A stretch of DNA of 64,000 nt from Eledone cirrhosa (GCA_964016885.1 OZ024740.1:138570001-138634000), one strand, 5' to 3'; shown: positions 15,768-29,387, counted from the first letter of the stretch. The notes: generated by a model not told the origin, from the sequence alone. Made by a program: numbers and translations.

Positions 15768-18003
15768 CTAATTCATAATGTTCTTGGTATTGATCATTTT
15801 GTGGCATACTTGACAATTATAATAGTTAGATTGATTAATATAAGTATCTGTTTACCCGTGAGTGAAGGATAACCACCAGAATACTTGTGCGCGCGCGCGC
15901 GCGTGTGTGTAAAAGCGTATGTAATTGCATGTATGCGATGTTTAAATGAGTGTGTTGATATATGTATCACCCTAACAGACTTCAGGTTTGCTCGTCTATG
16001 TATGTATGTATGTATGTATGTATGTATGTATGTGTGCATTTATGTATGCATGTATATATGTATTATGCCTTATGTATACATGTTTGAACCTATGTACGCA
16101 TGTATTCATATATATATATATATGTCTCTCTGTGTGTGTGGGTGTGTGTGTGTGTGTGTGGCTGTGAGTGAGTGACTGTGCGCACGTGTGCATTCTCTTA
16201 CTCTTACAATTCTTCGAAAAGGGCATTTTCATCCGAAATATGATTGTATTAATTTATAAAGATTTAAGCTGTCAATATTTAATCAGAACCTCCTCTCTCA
16301 TATTCATACTATCTCTCACACGCGCTCGCACACACACATATACAGGCAGACAGATGCACGCACGCACACACGAACGCACACGTATATATATATTAAGGCG
16401 GTGCGTCGTTCGAACGTCAGATAGAACGCTTCGCAGTATTCATTCCGACTCTCTGCGCTGAGTTCAAATCTTGCAGAGGTCAACTTTGCCTTTCATCCTT
16501 TCATGGTCGATAAACAAAGTACCACTGTAGTACTGTGATCGATTATTTCACCATATCACCTTCTCACTTCATTTCTATCTCTCTTTCTCTCACCCCCTCT
16601 CCCCCTTCTCTCTCTCATACACACACACACTCTCTCTCTTTCGCTCCTTCTTTGCAAGAAATCGATTGTGCTCAAACCTGGTGAGGGGATAGGCTCCACC
16701 AGGTTAAAAATGTCCAAGACACAATGTATGTCACGATGGCGCTCCTACAACTCCATTAGGTGTCACAGATAAAAACAGAAGAAACAGATATGTATGTATA
16801 TATGTATGTGTGCATGTATGTATGTATGCATGTATGTATGCATGTATGTACGCATGCATGTATGTGTGTGTGTGCGTGTGTGTGTGCGTGTATATGTATG
16901 TATGTATATGTGTGCGTATGTATGTATGTATGTATGTATGTATGTATGTATGTATGTATGTATGTATGTATGTATGTATGTATGCATGTATGGTTGTTGA
17001 AACTGTGCGTTCAGCCAAACCGATTTTGTCAGATTATTTAACTATGATCTTTTCCCGTTCCTCTTCAGAAAACCATTCTTAAAGAAATGTTATACATACA
17101 TTATACATACACACATACATACATACACGCACTCATCCATCCATACAAACATACATAATTTCTTATTACATTTTCATGTATTTTCTGCTTGTTTGTCGTA
17201 ATGTTGTCGTTTAGCCCAATGTAAATTTTGACCGAATCGGCCTATGATCCTTCCAGCCTTCATCATACTGTCTTGCCTTTTGTCGAAACATCTAGGATTA
17301 CATTATCAAATATGTCATTCCCTTTTTCAAACCGTATTGTGTGATGTGAAGGAGCTTTTAGCTTCTATTTCTAGCATGTTGAGTGACCACGCATAAGCTC
17401 ACTTGTTGCCTCATTATTGTATTAGTAGTTGTATTACGTACTAGTTGTTATTAGTTTTAGGGAATCTAGTGATAGTTGTACTTTTAGTGATTAGTTGTGT
17501 TTGGTAGTAGTAATGGAAGTGGTAGTTGTGCTAATGTTGGTGGTTAGTAATAGCTTTGGTTGGTATCATTATAATAGTATTGGTATTAGCTGTAGTTACT
17601 TGAAAGTCCCATCTATCTTTCGTAGGGAAGTTGTTGAATTCGTGAGTGGTTGTACTTAGTGGTGATGGAGGTTGGTGATTTGGGGGATAGCAGTTAGTAA
17701 AGTTAGTAGCTGTTGATGGTAGTAGAATTGATTGTTGGCAGTGGTTGCAGTTGTGGGTTATAGTAGCAATATTAGTAGTCGTAGTAGTAGTAATAGTAGT
17801 AGTAGTAGTTATTGTTGTTGTAGTAATAGTAGTAATAGTGGCTGTAGTTGTATTAGTTTTAGTAGTTTTAGTTATTGTCACAGTAGCGGTAGTGGTAATA
17901 GTTGTGGGGAAAGTGGTGGCGTTTTGATAGTAGTACTATCTATTGGTTGCCAGTGGTGAAAATAGTATTTGTTTGATTAGCTCAAGACTAGCAAGTTAGT
18001 AAA

Positions 18004-18197
18004 TCAGTTGTAGGAAGTCACATGACTTTCGAAAGCGTAGATGATCGATGTAAAGAAGCTGACTACGCACGCCCCGACACCTAGCCAGAACGACCAACAT
18101 ATCTTGGCACGTGAGTCCTCTTTCCAAGTGATGCCGACATTGTATTTTTTATTCATGGCGATTCCGTAAATTACAAGGCCAATTGCCATGAACACCA
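18004..18197 (-). CDS. Terminal coding exon of a claudin/PMP22/EMP-superfamily tetraspan membrane protein
   Basis: Polypyrimidine tract plus TTTGCAG acceptor at 18198-18199. Phase-1 exon reads (V)VFMAIGLVIYGIAMNKKYNVGITWKEDSRAKICWSFWLGVGACVVSFFTSIIYAFESHVTSYN* (TGA at 18004-18006). Two hydrophobic helices and the WSFWL motif typical before TM4. Confidence 0.85.
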
Positions 18198-21100
18198 CTG
18201 CAAAAGAAAAACCAAAACAATAAATAAACAAAACATTATGAACTGGCGAAGAGAAATGGATTTAGTATCTTAATAGTAATGTAGTACTTTAAAATGAAAT
18301 ATCATGAATTGGTTGTTTTACATTCTTTGAAGCATGGCAGTTTCATTGTAAGTCAATAAAATATACAGACATGTTATATTCACTTCTACATAATATAATT
18401 TTGTGATAATAATAATAACGATTTCTGATAATAATAATAATGATGGCACAAGGCCAGAAATTGTTTGGGGAGGGGAAAGTCGATTAAATCGACCCCAGTG
18501 CATTATTGGTGCTTGGCGGGATTTGAAATAAGAACGTAAAGGGCCATAACTCTATGCTGCAAAGCATGGTGCCAAATAATAACAACAATAATAATAATAA
18601 TAATAACAACAACAACAACAACAACAACACTAATAATGATTTCTACTATAGGCACAAGGCTAGCAATTTGGGGAGAAGGGAAAGTCGATTAAATCGATCC
18701 CTGTGCATTTCTGGTACTTTATTTTATCGACTCCGTAAGGATCTAAAGCAAAGTTGACCTCGTCGGGATTTGAATTCAGAACGTAGAAAGTCGTAGCTAA
18801 ATGTCACAAAGCATTTCGTCCGACGTTCTACCAATCTGCTGTCAATTCAATAAAATAAATAATAATAAGTCTATAAATGGTGTGCAGTATTCACAAATGA
18901 AAGAAAAGGTTAGCAAGTAATATTATAGACACATTAGATTATAATACTTAAAATAGAACTAAATGCAAAAGAAAAATAAGGTAATGTCATTAATAGCCTA
19001 ACTAATATTCTTAATTGGATGCTAAACTCGCAAAAGTGGACAGAAAAAAAAGAGAAAAATAATGACTGTATTTAGATTGCATTCTCCCTCCACCCAAATC
19101 TGATGTTATATTTGTCATTTTCTTTTTTTGTCTTTTACTTTCTGTTACTATAAATGTATTTTGAATAAAATAATTAAAAGTTAGACGCATATATGATAAT
19201 TAATTGTTTACTAATTTCGTTAATTTTCTGTCGTTAACAAAACTCAATTAATATGTCACATAAAAAATTAATTTTTAAAATCTATTATATATGTCGCCAT
19301 TATGAAAATATTGGAAAACTTTGCTCTAGACTTAGCCATTGAAACCATAAAAAATATTACTTCCCAGAAGATCATATACTTATTGCATATAAATAATACT
19401 GTATATTACTTGCCTGGGTTTAAACGTGTGAGTCCAAGAGTTGGTATAACTAACTCACTACGCAGAACACAACACCTAGTATTTCAAATTGTACACTCAT
19501 TAGTCTAGACTGATCCATTTGCAAAGTCTTATAACCTAAAATGCTTGATTGCATTTAATATATAGTTATCACAAATGAACTTATTAAACTTATAGCAGCC
19601 TACATATGTATGCGTGTGTACGCACACACACACGCGCACACGCACACACCCACCAGCTGGAACATTACCCTAAATATCACATTCGGCCCAACCAGCTGGT
19701 AAACAATCTCTCAACTTCCCTCGTATCATTATCACCACAATACATTTACCCATCAATGAAAAGACGCAAAAGCATTTTCATAAACTTCAAAAAAAGCTCA
19801 AAGAAACAAGTTTTATCAAAAAACAACAGCAACATTTTCAGAATTCAGCAAATAGGAAAAACAGAAAACCTGCAAACAATCGTAAAACTACACAAACAAA
19901 CTAATAAAACGAGAGTACAACACTGTACAGAGTGTTTTACCACCAACAAAAGCAATGGCCAAACCAGATTCCAAATAATATACCAGCTTTGCAAATCAAG
20001 CAAACACTTTATCAGATATCTTCCGAAAATCAGCTACCAAAAAACCACACAAGGAAGACAGCGATACAATACTGACCTTCCACTTATACTACAATTTGGA
20101 CCCGTTCATTCCATTAATAGCGCAAGAGCAATACATAAATATAATATCTAAAGGGGCGTAGGGCTAAACAAAATAATAAACATATACCCACAACACTTAG
20201 GGCCTGAAAGGAATCAGTACATTCATCAACATCTACAACTACTCATCATAACATTGTAAAATCTCCAGAATCTGGAAATCACAGAAAATCCTAACAATTC
20301 TAAAGACAAACAAAACACAAAGACCGACTATCCTCTAGACAAGCTAATCCTTGACATCAGCTACACAGCCCTTTTTCTAAACCACACAATGGATTTAGAC
20401 CACTAAATCTAACCACAATACTACTCACTAACCTAATATAGAAAATACAGATTGGCTTCCTTTGTAAAAGAGTTTCCAACATGTACCCTTTTAATATTTA
20501 ATGATAAAAAAAGATGGTGGATTGGCAGAATTGATAGAGTGTTGGATACCATGCCATTGGCCACTGCATATTTATTCTGACTCTTTACATTCTGAGTTCA
20601 AATTTCACCAAGGTCAACTTTGTCTTTCATTTTTGCGAGGTCCATAAAATAAAGTACTAGTCAAGTACTGGGGTTGATTTAATCAACTTTAACCTTCCCC
20701 CAACTTTAATGGCTATGCGCCTTAATTAGGAATCAATGTTTAATGGTAAAACATAAAGACTAGGCAATAAAAACAAGGGAAAATAGATTTGTGAGTTTGA
20801 TTGAACGGGTGTGTGGAAGATTATGTGTGTATGAGCGTGTGCATGTGTGTGTCTATGTATGGTTTGTATGTGTGTATGTTAGCGTGAGCGCGTGTTAGTG
20901 TGGGATTTGTATGTGTGCGTGTTAGTGCGGAGATTTTATGTGTTGGATTTGTGTGTGAGTGAATGTTTTTGTAAGCGTGCGTGTATGTGTTTTGCCTACG
21001 TGTGCATGTGTGTGTGTTTATATTTGCATATGTGCTCATGAGTTTGTGTATATAAATATATGTTTGTGCATATATATATATATTTGTATCAGTATTGACT

Positions 21101-21610
21101 TGTATATGTGTCCATGCGCTTGTGTATATATATGTGAATCTGAGTATATATTATTTGTGCCGATTTGGGTGCGTGTGTATATATATGTTTATTGATGTGT
21201 GCGCGTGCATATATTTATTTGTGTGTTCAAGTGTGTGCGTATTTGTATGTGTTTCTGTATAAGTTTATTTGTGTGCATATGCATGTTTAAATTTGCGTAT
21301 ATGTGTGTACATGCATGAGTAGAGCGTAGTTAATATGTCGATATTTGGAGTGTAAGCTCTGGGCGCCACTCTAATATCGAGTTAGACCAAGAGACGGCAG
21401 ACAAATTCGAAGCCAAAGCTTCTTTCAGTCTTGAAGGAACATATTTATCTATTTATTTACCTATCTGTTATTTATTTATTTTCTTCTTTATTGATTTAAA
21501 TATTTATTTATATATTTCAAAGTCGAATTAGCAAATTAAGATATAAGGAGAAGGTGGAGTTACAACAGCGTTTATGTGGATATGTAAGTATATATATATA
21601 TATATATATA

Positions 21611-22336
21611 TACGAGGGCGAGTTGAAAGGTTTATAGTGACCTACATTCCGCGGGCTCACATACATTCTCTGTGCGTGATTTGGCTCAGTTCAGCCAATC
21701 AGCGCCAGTAGAAGAGGATGTATCCCTACGCGTTCTGAGGGAGAAATAGCCCGCAAAGATTGGAGGACGCCACCACTTCCAGGCTAGACGACTTCAAGGC
21801 TTGACCATGCTAAGTAAACACTGCTTGTTCTTTTGCTCCGCCAGCGCAAACAATATGTAACGACAAAACATTCCTACGGAGCTGGCTAATCGCCTTCAGT
21901 CAGTTGACCGTATTTTCTCTTGTAATCTTAATTGAATTATTTTATTTCTCTTGGCATGCCAGCTCAACCTCTGTTAATACATAATGTAAAACCAAGCTAA
22001 AAGTCGTTGTCGATATTCCTATTATATCTTTCTACCAAACCTGGTTACTCGTGGCAACCTTACCAACTTCTAAATACTTCTCCGTTAAATTGGTACTTAT
22101 ACCTCAACCAAATCTGGTGACAACAACATTCCTTTCCTTTAGGTTCATAGGCTAACTATGAAGGAGTGATGCTAGATCTGTGAAATCTTGCATGCATAAA
22201 TTTCAACCCCTTTTTTTTCTTTTATTAATAATTGCATTGTGTTTTTTTTCCAGAGACTATGTTTAAAAATAAACCTCATTTGGTCATCTCATGATAGTAT
22301 CTTAGTCAGCCTATGAACTTTTCAGCCAGCCATCGA
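21611..22336. mobile_element. Tc1/mariner-type MITE with its left TIR interrupted by an insert of about 510 bp
   Basis: Left end TACGAGGGCGAGTTGAAAGGTT resumes at about 22146 as CATAGGCTAACT. Right end AGTCAGCCTATGAACTTTTCAGCCAGCCATCG is its imperfect inverse. TA target. Confidence 0.6.
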
Positions 22337-22360
22337 ATGTGAGTTTGTGTGTATGTTTTG

Positions 22361-22399
<39 letters not shown>

Positions 22400-22403
<4 letters not shown>

Positions 22404-22745
22404 TATTGATCCCCACCCCCATAGGTCACTAATGATCATGGTTTTGTACCTAGAAAGTTTCCCTCCGAGGCACAAGCCAGCGCAAGGTTTGTTTGTGGAA
22501 GACCAACAGTCGTCCATGAATACCAATCTCCCCTCTCCACGCTACCGATGTTGTCCAAGTGAAAGGCAATGACCGATACAGCTTGGGATCAGTGACGTCG
22601 CAACTCATTTCTACAGCTGAGTAAACTGGAGCAACATGAAATCAAGTGTCTTGCTCAAGGACACAACGCATCACCTGGTCTGAGAATCGAACCCATATCT
22701 TTTCAATTGCAAGCCCAACGCTCTAACCACTAAGCCATGCGCCTT
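22400..22745 (-). mobile_element. Second tRNA-derived SINE family (GTGTCCTTGAGCAAGACACTT core)
   Basis: A/B-box head GGCTTAGTGGTTAGAGCG...GGTTCGATTC. Homologous copy at 35150-35492(-). Related-head SINEs at 37978-38260(+), 8625-8950, 34800-35100, 6950-7200, 44950-45190, 56700-56850(-). Confidence 0.75.
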
Positions 22746-23924
22746 CACACACACACACATATATATATATGTGTGTGTGTGTGTCAGTGAGTGTGTGTGT
22801 GTGTGTATGTGTATGTATGTAAAGAGAGTAAAAGTGTGTGGTTTAGTGGTCATGAGTTCAATAATGAGGGAAACATTTTCCTCAAATTTAAAAAAATATT
22901 CTAAAATCTTTTTAGAAAGAATTTTTAATAAAATATTCTCAAATATATCAAAATTATTCTCAAATTTCCCCCCAAAATTTATTAAATTTTTCATCAAAAT
23001 TTATTTAAAAATTTCAGTCGATATTTTTGAAAATATTTTCAAAAAATGCTCTCGAAATTTTCTCAATTTTTTTTTTTTCCTTTTGTTTCAGAAATTATTC
23101 GCAAAATTTTCAGGAAAATTTATTTGAAAATGTTTCAAAATTAAAAAATTTTTTCAAAAATCTTCCTCAAAAGATTTTTTTCAAAGATCTTCCTCAAAAA
23201 ATTTTCAAAATCTCACTTCAGAAGTGTCTTTCCCAAAATTTTTCTTCAAATAACTTTTTTAATTTTGTTCAAAATATTTTCAAAATTTTGTTCAAAAGCT
23301 TTTTAAAAAATTTTCACCAAATTCCTTCAAATTTATTTTAAAATTTCCCCAAAACGTTTTCAAAAATTTTCATTCAAAATTTTCAAAATTTCAAAAGTTT
23401 CTTTTTTTCAAATTTTCTAAAAACTTAGTCTCTATAATCTAAAAATAGAATAAAAGAAAAACAAAAAATGAGAAATAGTAATACTATCAATCACTTTTGC
23501 TGTGTCAATTTAAGTAGTCTGCCGTCTATTGATCGTCTCACCCATTCCTTCAAAGTGACCTTATAATTCCGCCCATCTATACCATGAGTATGGGCATTGT
23601 TTCGATACGAGGCAGATAGTTACCCTCACACAGGTCACCCGATGTTTATGTGGAGACATTCATGCTAAGGCACACAACAAGCCACTGATACCACTTCAAC
23701 ATACAGCTCTACACAGTAAATTTCCATAGAAACCACTTTGGGGACTATTGACAATTTACAGGAGCGGGTCACGAGAAGTAAGTAACGTGAGAAGAGGCAC
23801 GGGGAAGACATGCTCTGACACGGAATAAAAACATGCAAGAAAATTGCTCGGCAACGACGGGCTACTCTGTTGAAACACACACACACACACACACACACAC
23901 ATATGTGTATATATATATATATAT

Positions 23925-24103
23925 GAGAAAATGAGGGTTTTTTAAGATAAAAAACGAGATGTCCTACATGGGTGAAAGCATAAGGAAAAGAAATCGAAAA
24001 TGCAACTGGAGTCTTTTTAAGAATATTTATTTATTTCCTTTACCGGTAAAGGAAATAAATAAATATTCTTAAAAATACTCCAGTTGCATTTTCGATTTCT
24101 TTT

Positions 24104-24109
<6 letters not shown>
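23925..24109 (-). mobile_element. 'ACCGGT' family 3' end folded back exactly at the stem III palindrome
   Basis: Palindrome 23980-24109 centred on ACC|GGT (24044/24045). (TA)n flanks. Confidence 0.8.
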
Positions 24110-24172
<63 letters not shown>

Positions 24173-24629
24173 CACAAGATAAGCCGTATATCTCAACGGC
24201 GTCTCTCCTATTCCACCAGAAATAGGATATACATATATGTGTGTGTGCGCGCGTGTAATTTTATATTACCAGGGGGTATGTTAGACATAAACACATCTAA
24301 CGAAACTTGCAGAAGTGCGCACACATATGTCAAACTGTTTAATACAGATATTTTCAACTTTCCCCATTATGTAATGATTGCCCTTTACATTCGCTTGTAC
24401 CTGCTCATATATATCTGCTATATTAATACATTTTGATCTGTTTAACTTCAATGACTGTGCTTCTAAATAACATTATTTTTTCTTCCACATTGACTTTTTA
24501 CGTTCCACATTATGCACGTTTTTTTTCCTTTTTCATTTTTCTTTTCACTTCTTAAACTTTGTTTGTAAATAACATTATTCTTTCTGCACATTCTGTTTAA
24601 CATGTACGACACCACACTAATACATTTCA

Positions 24630-24671
24630 CTATCATTTGATAATGCTTATAAATGCTGAAACCGGTAATAG
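24630..24671 (+). ncRNA. Minimal hammerhead-like motif, U3-A8 core
   Basis: TTGATAA-TGC TTATAAAT GCT-GAAA-CCGG-TA-ATAG; stem I imperfect. Confidence 0.5.
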
Positions 24672-24860
24672 ACAATAATTAAATATATAAATAGATAAAT
24701 AAATGCCATTGTTAAATAAAAAATAAATCAACTAATACCTTAACACTTCACACAAAGTAAAACACTTCGTTTTAATCATTTTCTAACCCAGAAAAAGAGA
24801 GAGAAACAAAAAAGGAAAAACAAATATTTTTCTTCCTCATAATCGTGTCTTTCTCTCTGT

Positions 24861-24890
<30 letters not shown>

Positions 24891-24891
<1 letters not shown>

Positions 24892-25965
24892 GTTTTGCGA
24901 GATACCAGAGTGTCATGTTTGTGGACGCTACCCCTGGAGGGAAATTAGCTAACCAGTGTAGAAAGGCCCTGAGAAAGACCCACTTAAAGATTAAGGTGGT
25001 AGAAAAGCCTGGAACCACCATAAAATCCATGATCAGCAAAACCTGCCCTTTTAAGAAAACCCACTGAACTAATAGGAAATGTATCATATGTAAGGTAAAC
25101 CCCCGCATAAACTGTAAAACTAGAAACGTAGTCTATAGCATAAGATATACAGAGGGTACTTGCAGAAACATGACAACAACATACATAGGCGAGACAGCTC
25201 GTAGCATAGGTGAAAGGATAGACCAACACTGGGGGAACTAAAAGGACGACAAAACGGGTCAGTACTATACGAACATGCCAGACAACAACACGACGGTAAC
25301 ATAGACAACATAGAAATTAGAATAATATCTAAACATAGAAATGACGCAGCAGATAGGCAAATCAGAGAGGCCAGTGAAATAGAACTTAGAAGGCCAAGAC
25401 TAAACAGAAAGAATGAATGGAATAACAACAACACCCAAACAAACAACACTGACCTAACAGAAGTATAAATAAATAAATAAATAGATAAATAAATAAATAA
25501 ATAAATACATACACAAGCACAATAACAACAAACACATATAAACACACACTAGTCACCCAATCACGAACACACATCAAACAAAACACTATACACACATGCA
25601 AACGCATGCGCAAAGAAGACAAAATAAAATAAACAAACAAACAAATAAATAAATAAATATATAGACAGACTAAATAAAAATGGCGTAGACATACAATGTA
25701 ACGGGAGGAAACAATAGCACCACTGACGATGTTGCAGATGTGCAACGAAAGAACTTTGATAAACTATATATATGTGTTTGTGTCTATATTGTATCTGTAT
25801 TATTTTTGACCGTCGGTCAGTCAATGGCAACATTGAGGACCGAATAAATTAGATTACCGATATAAAAGACACAGAAGCGAAAAGCGAAAACCAACCAAAC
25901 AGTCAGTGAGTGTGTTCTGTTATTAATTCTGGCAATATTACACAAATATGACCCTCCCCAAGTAT

Positions 25966-25972
<7 letters not shown>
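24891..25972 (+). mobile_element. 5'-truncated Naiad-type Penelope-like element (linker, Zn knuckle, GIY-YIG, 3' pseudo-LTR with HHR) in (TA)n
   Basis: SVMFVDATPGGKLA...KIKVVEKPGTTIK...CPFKKTH*TNRKCIIC...NCKTRNVVYSI...YIGETARSIGERIDQH, frameshift near 25230, then SVLYEHARQQH...DRQIREASEI...PRLNRKNEW, stop 25466-25468. Clade assigned from recalled motifs. Confidence 0.85.
25719..25760 (+). ncRNA. Type I minimal hammerhead ribozyme of the Naiad-type element
   Basis: ACCA-CTGACGA-T-GTTGCA GATG TGCAAC-GAAA-GAAC-TT-TGAT. The copy at 51123-51164(-) has the compensatory stem II GTCGCA/TGCGAC. Confidence 0.8.
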
Positions 25973-26014
<42 letters not shown>

Positions 26015-26034
26015 CACACACTAACGCACACATA

Positions 26035-26071
<37 letters not shown>

Positions 26072-26076
<5 letters not shown>

Positions 26077-26268
26077 AAAAAGTATGAACCCCGACGACAG
26101 AGCTCAAGCCGTTTCGACGGCTATTTCTGGACTGAAATAGCCGTCGAAATGGCTTGAGCTCTGCCGTCGGAGTCATACTTTTTCCTATTTCCCACTCTAC
26201 TACCCTAAGTATTGAGTACTCTGGTGCGTTATGGTCCATCTGGTTCCTTACCACAATTCCTTTGTTAT
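26072..26268 (+). mobile_element. Hydra-type PLE 3' end folded back within the HHR stem II loop
   Basis: GACGGCTATTTC TGGACT GAAATAGCCGTC hairpin centre, family 3' terminus, (TA)n flanks. Confidence 0.8.
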
Positions 26269-26632
26269 ATATATATTTATGTGTGTGCGCGTGTGTATAT
26301 ATATATATGTATATATATACATATCGAAGTTCAAAGAAAAGCCACTTTGTGTTTGCAGGCTAGTATTGTACAAAATAGCACTTTATTATTTGGTAACATT
26401 CATGACTTCGGGTAGTAGAAACAGGATCGTATTTTCCCGTGTGCTAGCTCGGTGTAAAGTTTTCCTGGGTTGTTTTACTTTTTTGCATATTTATCATGCA
26501 GATTAATATGGTGAGTCTAAATATAGTAAATGATCTTTAGCTTTTTATTTCCAACACTTTGTCGTATTATGTTGCATATTAAATTGGTCGAAATGTATTG
26601 CATTCAACACACAGGCACGTACACGCACACAC

Positions 26633-26706
<74 letters not shown>

Positions 26707-27427
26707 CATAATCAGTTACAACAGTGGCATTATCTAGATACTTAAATCTCATTGGGTTTAGCGCCAAATCATTTAGTCTGCTATATAGCTTTCGGGGAGA
26801 TTCTTGATCGTGTAGAGAAGTTTTAAAGCTAAGGGTAGAGAATATCTAAAAATTCCCAATTAATTAATTAAATAATTTATGGTTAAACTCTATATGTGTA
26901 AGGGAGATACATCTAACAAGAAAAAAGTGTGCAGAGAGATGTCACGTAAAATAGGGTTAAATTGAATTGTAGTCCGACTCAGACCATCGCTTCAGAAGGG
27001 ACTTTGATTCGTGTGGACAACGACTGAAGAAATCCATCGGTGCATTTAGACAGTTTTATACATACATACATACATACGTACATACATACTGCTTGGTTAT
27101 ATAAGACTAGTTTCGCCTCTAAATAGCCCCTCGAGTAATGTTATAAAATCCCCTTTCTTCTATTACTTCTTAAATTACAAAAGAAAAATCTTTTTTCACT
27201 GTTCTGAAATTATTGGCATTCGCTCTCATTGTCTGTTGCGTACATATTATTACTAAGTATTTCGGGGTCGATAAAATAAAGTACCAGTAATACACTGGGT
27301 AATTGCTGGCCTTGTGCCAAATGTAGAAACAATTATTACTAAGTATTTTTTTGTTCGTTTTTTATTACTGTTTAAACACCTGTATAAAGGTATTTTGTCT
27401 GTTTTGTGTATAAAGCATGTTACTTAC

Positions 27428-27568
27428 CGGCTAATATAAGTAGGATGGCCACGGCTTTGTGTGCATTACACTTGCAATCACAACACAGTGCTATTGTTGC
27501 TATTAACAAACTGAGGATACCACATGTAGCACCAATGGAGTAGAGAGCTTGAGTGACTTGAATCAACA
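27428..27568 (-). CDS. Penultimate coding exon (141 nt, phase 1/1) of the same claudin/PMP22-like gene
   Basis: Acceptor TTCTATATTGCAG and donor GTAAGTA. Open frame xLIQVTQALYSIGATCGILSLLIATIALCCDCKCNAHKAVAILLILA; the final G joins TG of the next exon in frame. QVTQAL before TM2 fits the family. Absent from the ORF track. Confidence 0.85.
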
Positions 27569-28671
27569 CTGCAATATAGAATAAAAGAAATACCGATGAA
27601 ATATTTATAGATATACATATAGAAGTTTACAAAATATTGTCATTGTTCTTGTTCTTATCACAATCCTCCTCCTCCTCCTCCTCCTACTCACCATTTCCTC
27701 TTTCTCCTTCCCTCCTCCTCCTCATGATCATCATTAAAAAACAATCATTAATATATGGTGGAAGACTGGTAGAAAAGTTGAAACGTTTGGCGATTGCCTT
27801 GTGATATTTGGTTTTCTCTACTTTTCTGAGTTCAAATCCCACCGAAGTCAACTTTGCTTTTTAGACTTACCATGTTGGTAAATAAAGTATGAGTTAAGTA
27901 CGTTTTTTTTCTTCAAATTTGAACTCCTCTCCACGTGGTATTCACTTATATATTCTTTACACAACTTCAAATTTTGTTTTATGAAAACATATCTTAGGAT
28001 TTCGATAAGATTCCAAAATATCTAGCAGAAAATTCTGATCGCAGGATATTAGTGAAGAGAAATGGTTGGAAGTGAGGATAGAGATCGGGTGGTGTAAAAT
28101 CAAATTGCAAAGTGCTTATAGTATTTCATTGGGTAGTATAGTACTTGCTACTTCTCCAGTAGTAGGAACACTTGTTTGTTATCGTATATGCAGCACGACA
28201 TTAAAACATAATATAATTGGTAACAATATTCGCAAAGACAGACTTCTTAAATGTCTAAATGTTTTTCGTTTCACAGCCTTTCTTGGAAAGTGTAAACAGC
28301 ACAGCAACGCACACATAGATACGTGCGCGCGTCTGTGTGTGTGTCTTGTTAACATTACGTCTTCTCTTACCTATCTATGTATCTACCACTTTATCCCTGT
28401 CTCCCCTTTTCTCTGTTTCTTTCTGTCTGTCTCTTTCTCTTCCACCCTCTCTATCTCGCTGTTACTCTGTCTCTCACAGTGGTGTGTGCGCATGTACACA
28501 AATACATCATCTAACTAAAAACATTCATAAACCTAACCCAAATGCAGAAGCCACAACGACCCTCACACCTACCTAAACAAATACCATTAAATATAAACAC
28601 ACACTACATCACGAAACTATAAATACTGTATATATTTATATATATATACATATATATATGTATATATATAC

Positions 28672-28741
<70 letters not shown>

Positions 28742-28930
28742 GTGTGTGTGTGTGCGTGTGTGCATGTATGTATGTTTGTGTGTATGTATGTATGTATGTA
28801 TTTGAATTTGTGTCGTTCTGTTGTGTTACATTTTGTTAGGTCTAGACGTTGTATTTTAGTATGCATATAAATATATATATATATATATATGTAATATAAG
28901 ATCAAAAGATGGTTAAAAGAGTTCCATGTA

Positions 28931-28997
28931 TTTTATTATGCGCATTTCAAAAACAAATATCATCATGGGTTGATATTTGCGTTCTCATCAGATAAAA
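28931..28997 (-). ncRNA. Type I hammerhead ribozyme with canonical core, inside fold-back element 28892-29180
   Basis: TTTTAT-CTGATGA-14 bp stem II-GAAA-T GCGC A-TA-ATAAAA: 6-bp stem I, palindromic stem III tetraloop, AUA triplet. Confidence 0.85.
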
Positions 28998-29311
28998 AAG
29001 GGAGACATGATATGAAGCTTAAAAAAAATGAAATGCGCATAATAAAATACATGGAACTCTTTTAACCATCTTTTGATCTTATATTATTTATACTCCAGTC
29101 CTATAAACTGTTGAGTGCTACTTATCCGATATTTGCATTGCTTTATTGTGCTACAATAAAACTCACCTCCTACATTATATATATATGTATATATATAAAA
29201 TACCAGAAATAGTCACATAACATCTATTTTTGACTGACAACTGAATTCTTTTTCTTTGCCTTGAATGCACATACATAAACTATTGAAGGCTCTGTGTGTA
29301 TTGTGTCTACC

Positions 29312-29387
<76 letters not shown>

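Noticed and set aside
19606-20151. 181-aa ORF
   Set aside because: It starts in a microsatellite, is A-rich and has no recognisable domain. It may be a decayed retroelement, but I cannot support that.
22880-23430. Overlapping F/K/N-rich ORFs
   Set aside because: This is a low-complexity A/T-run region without domain signal.
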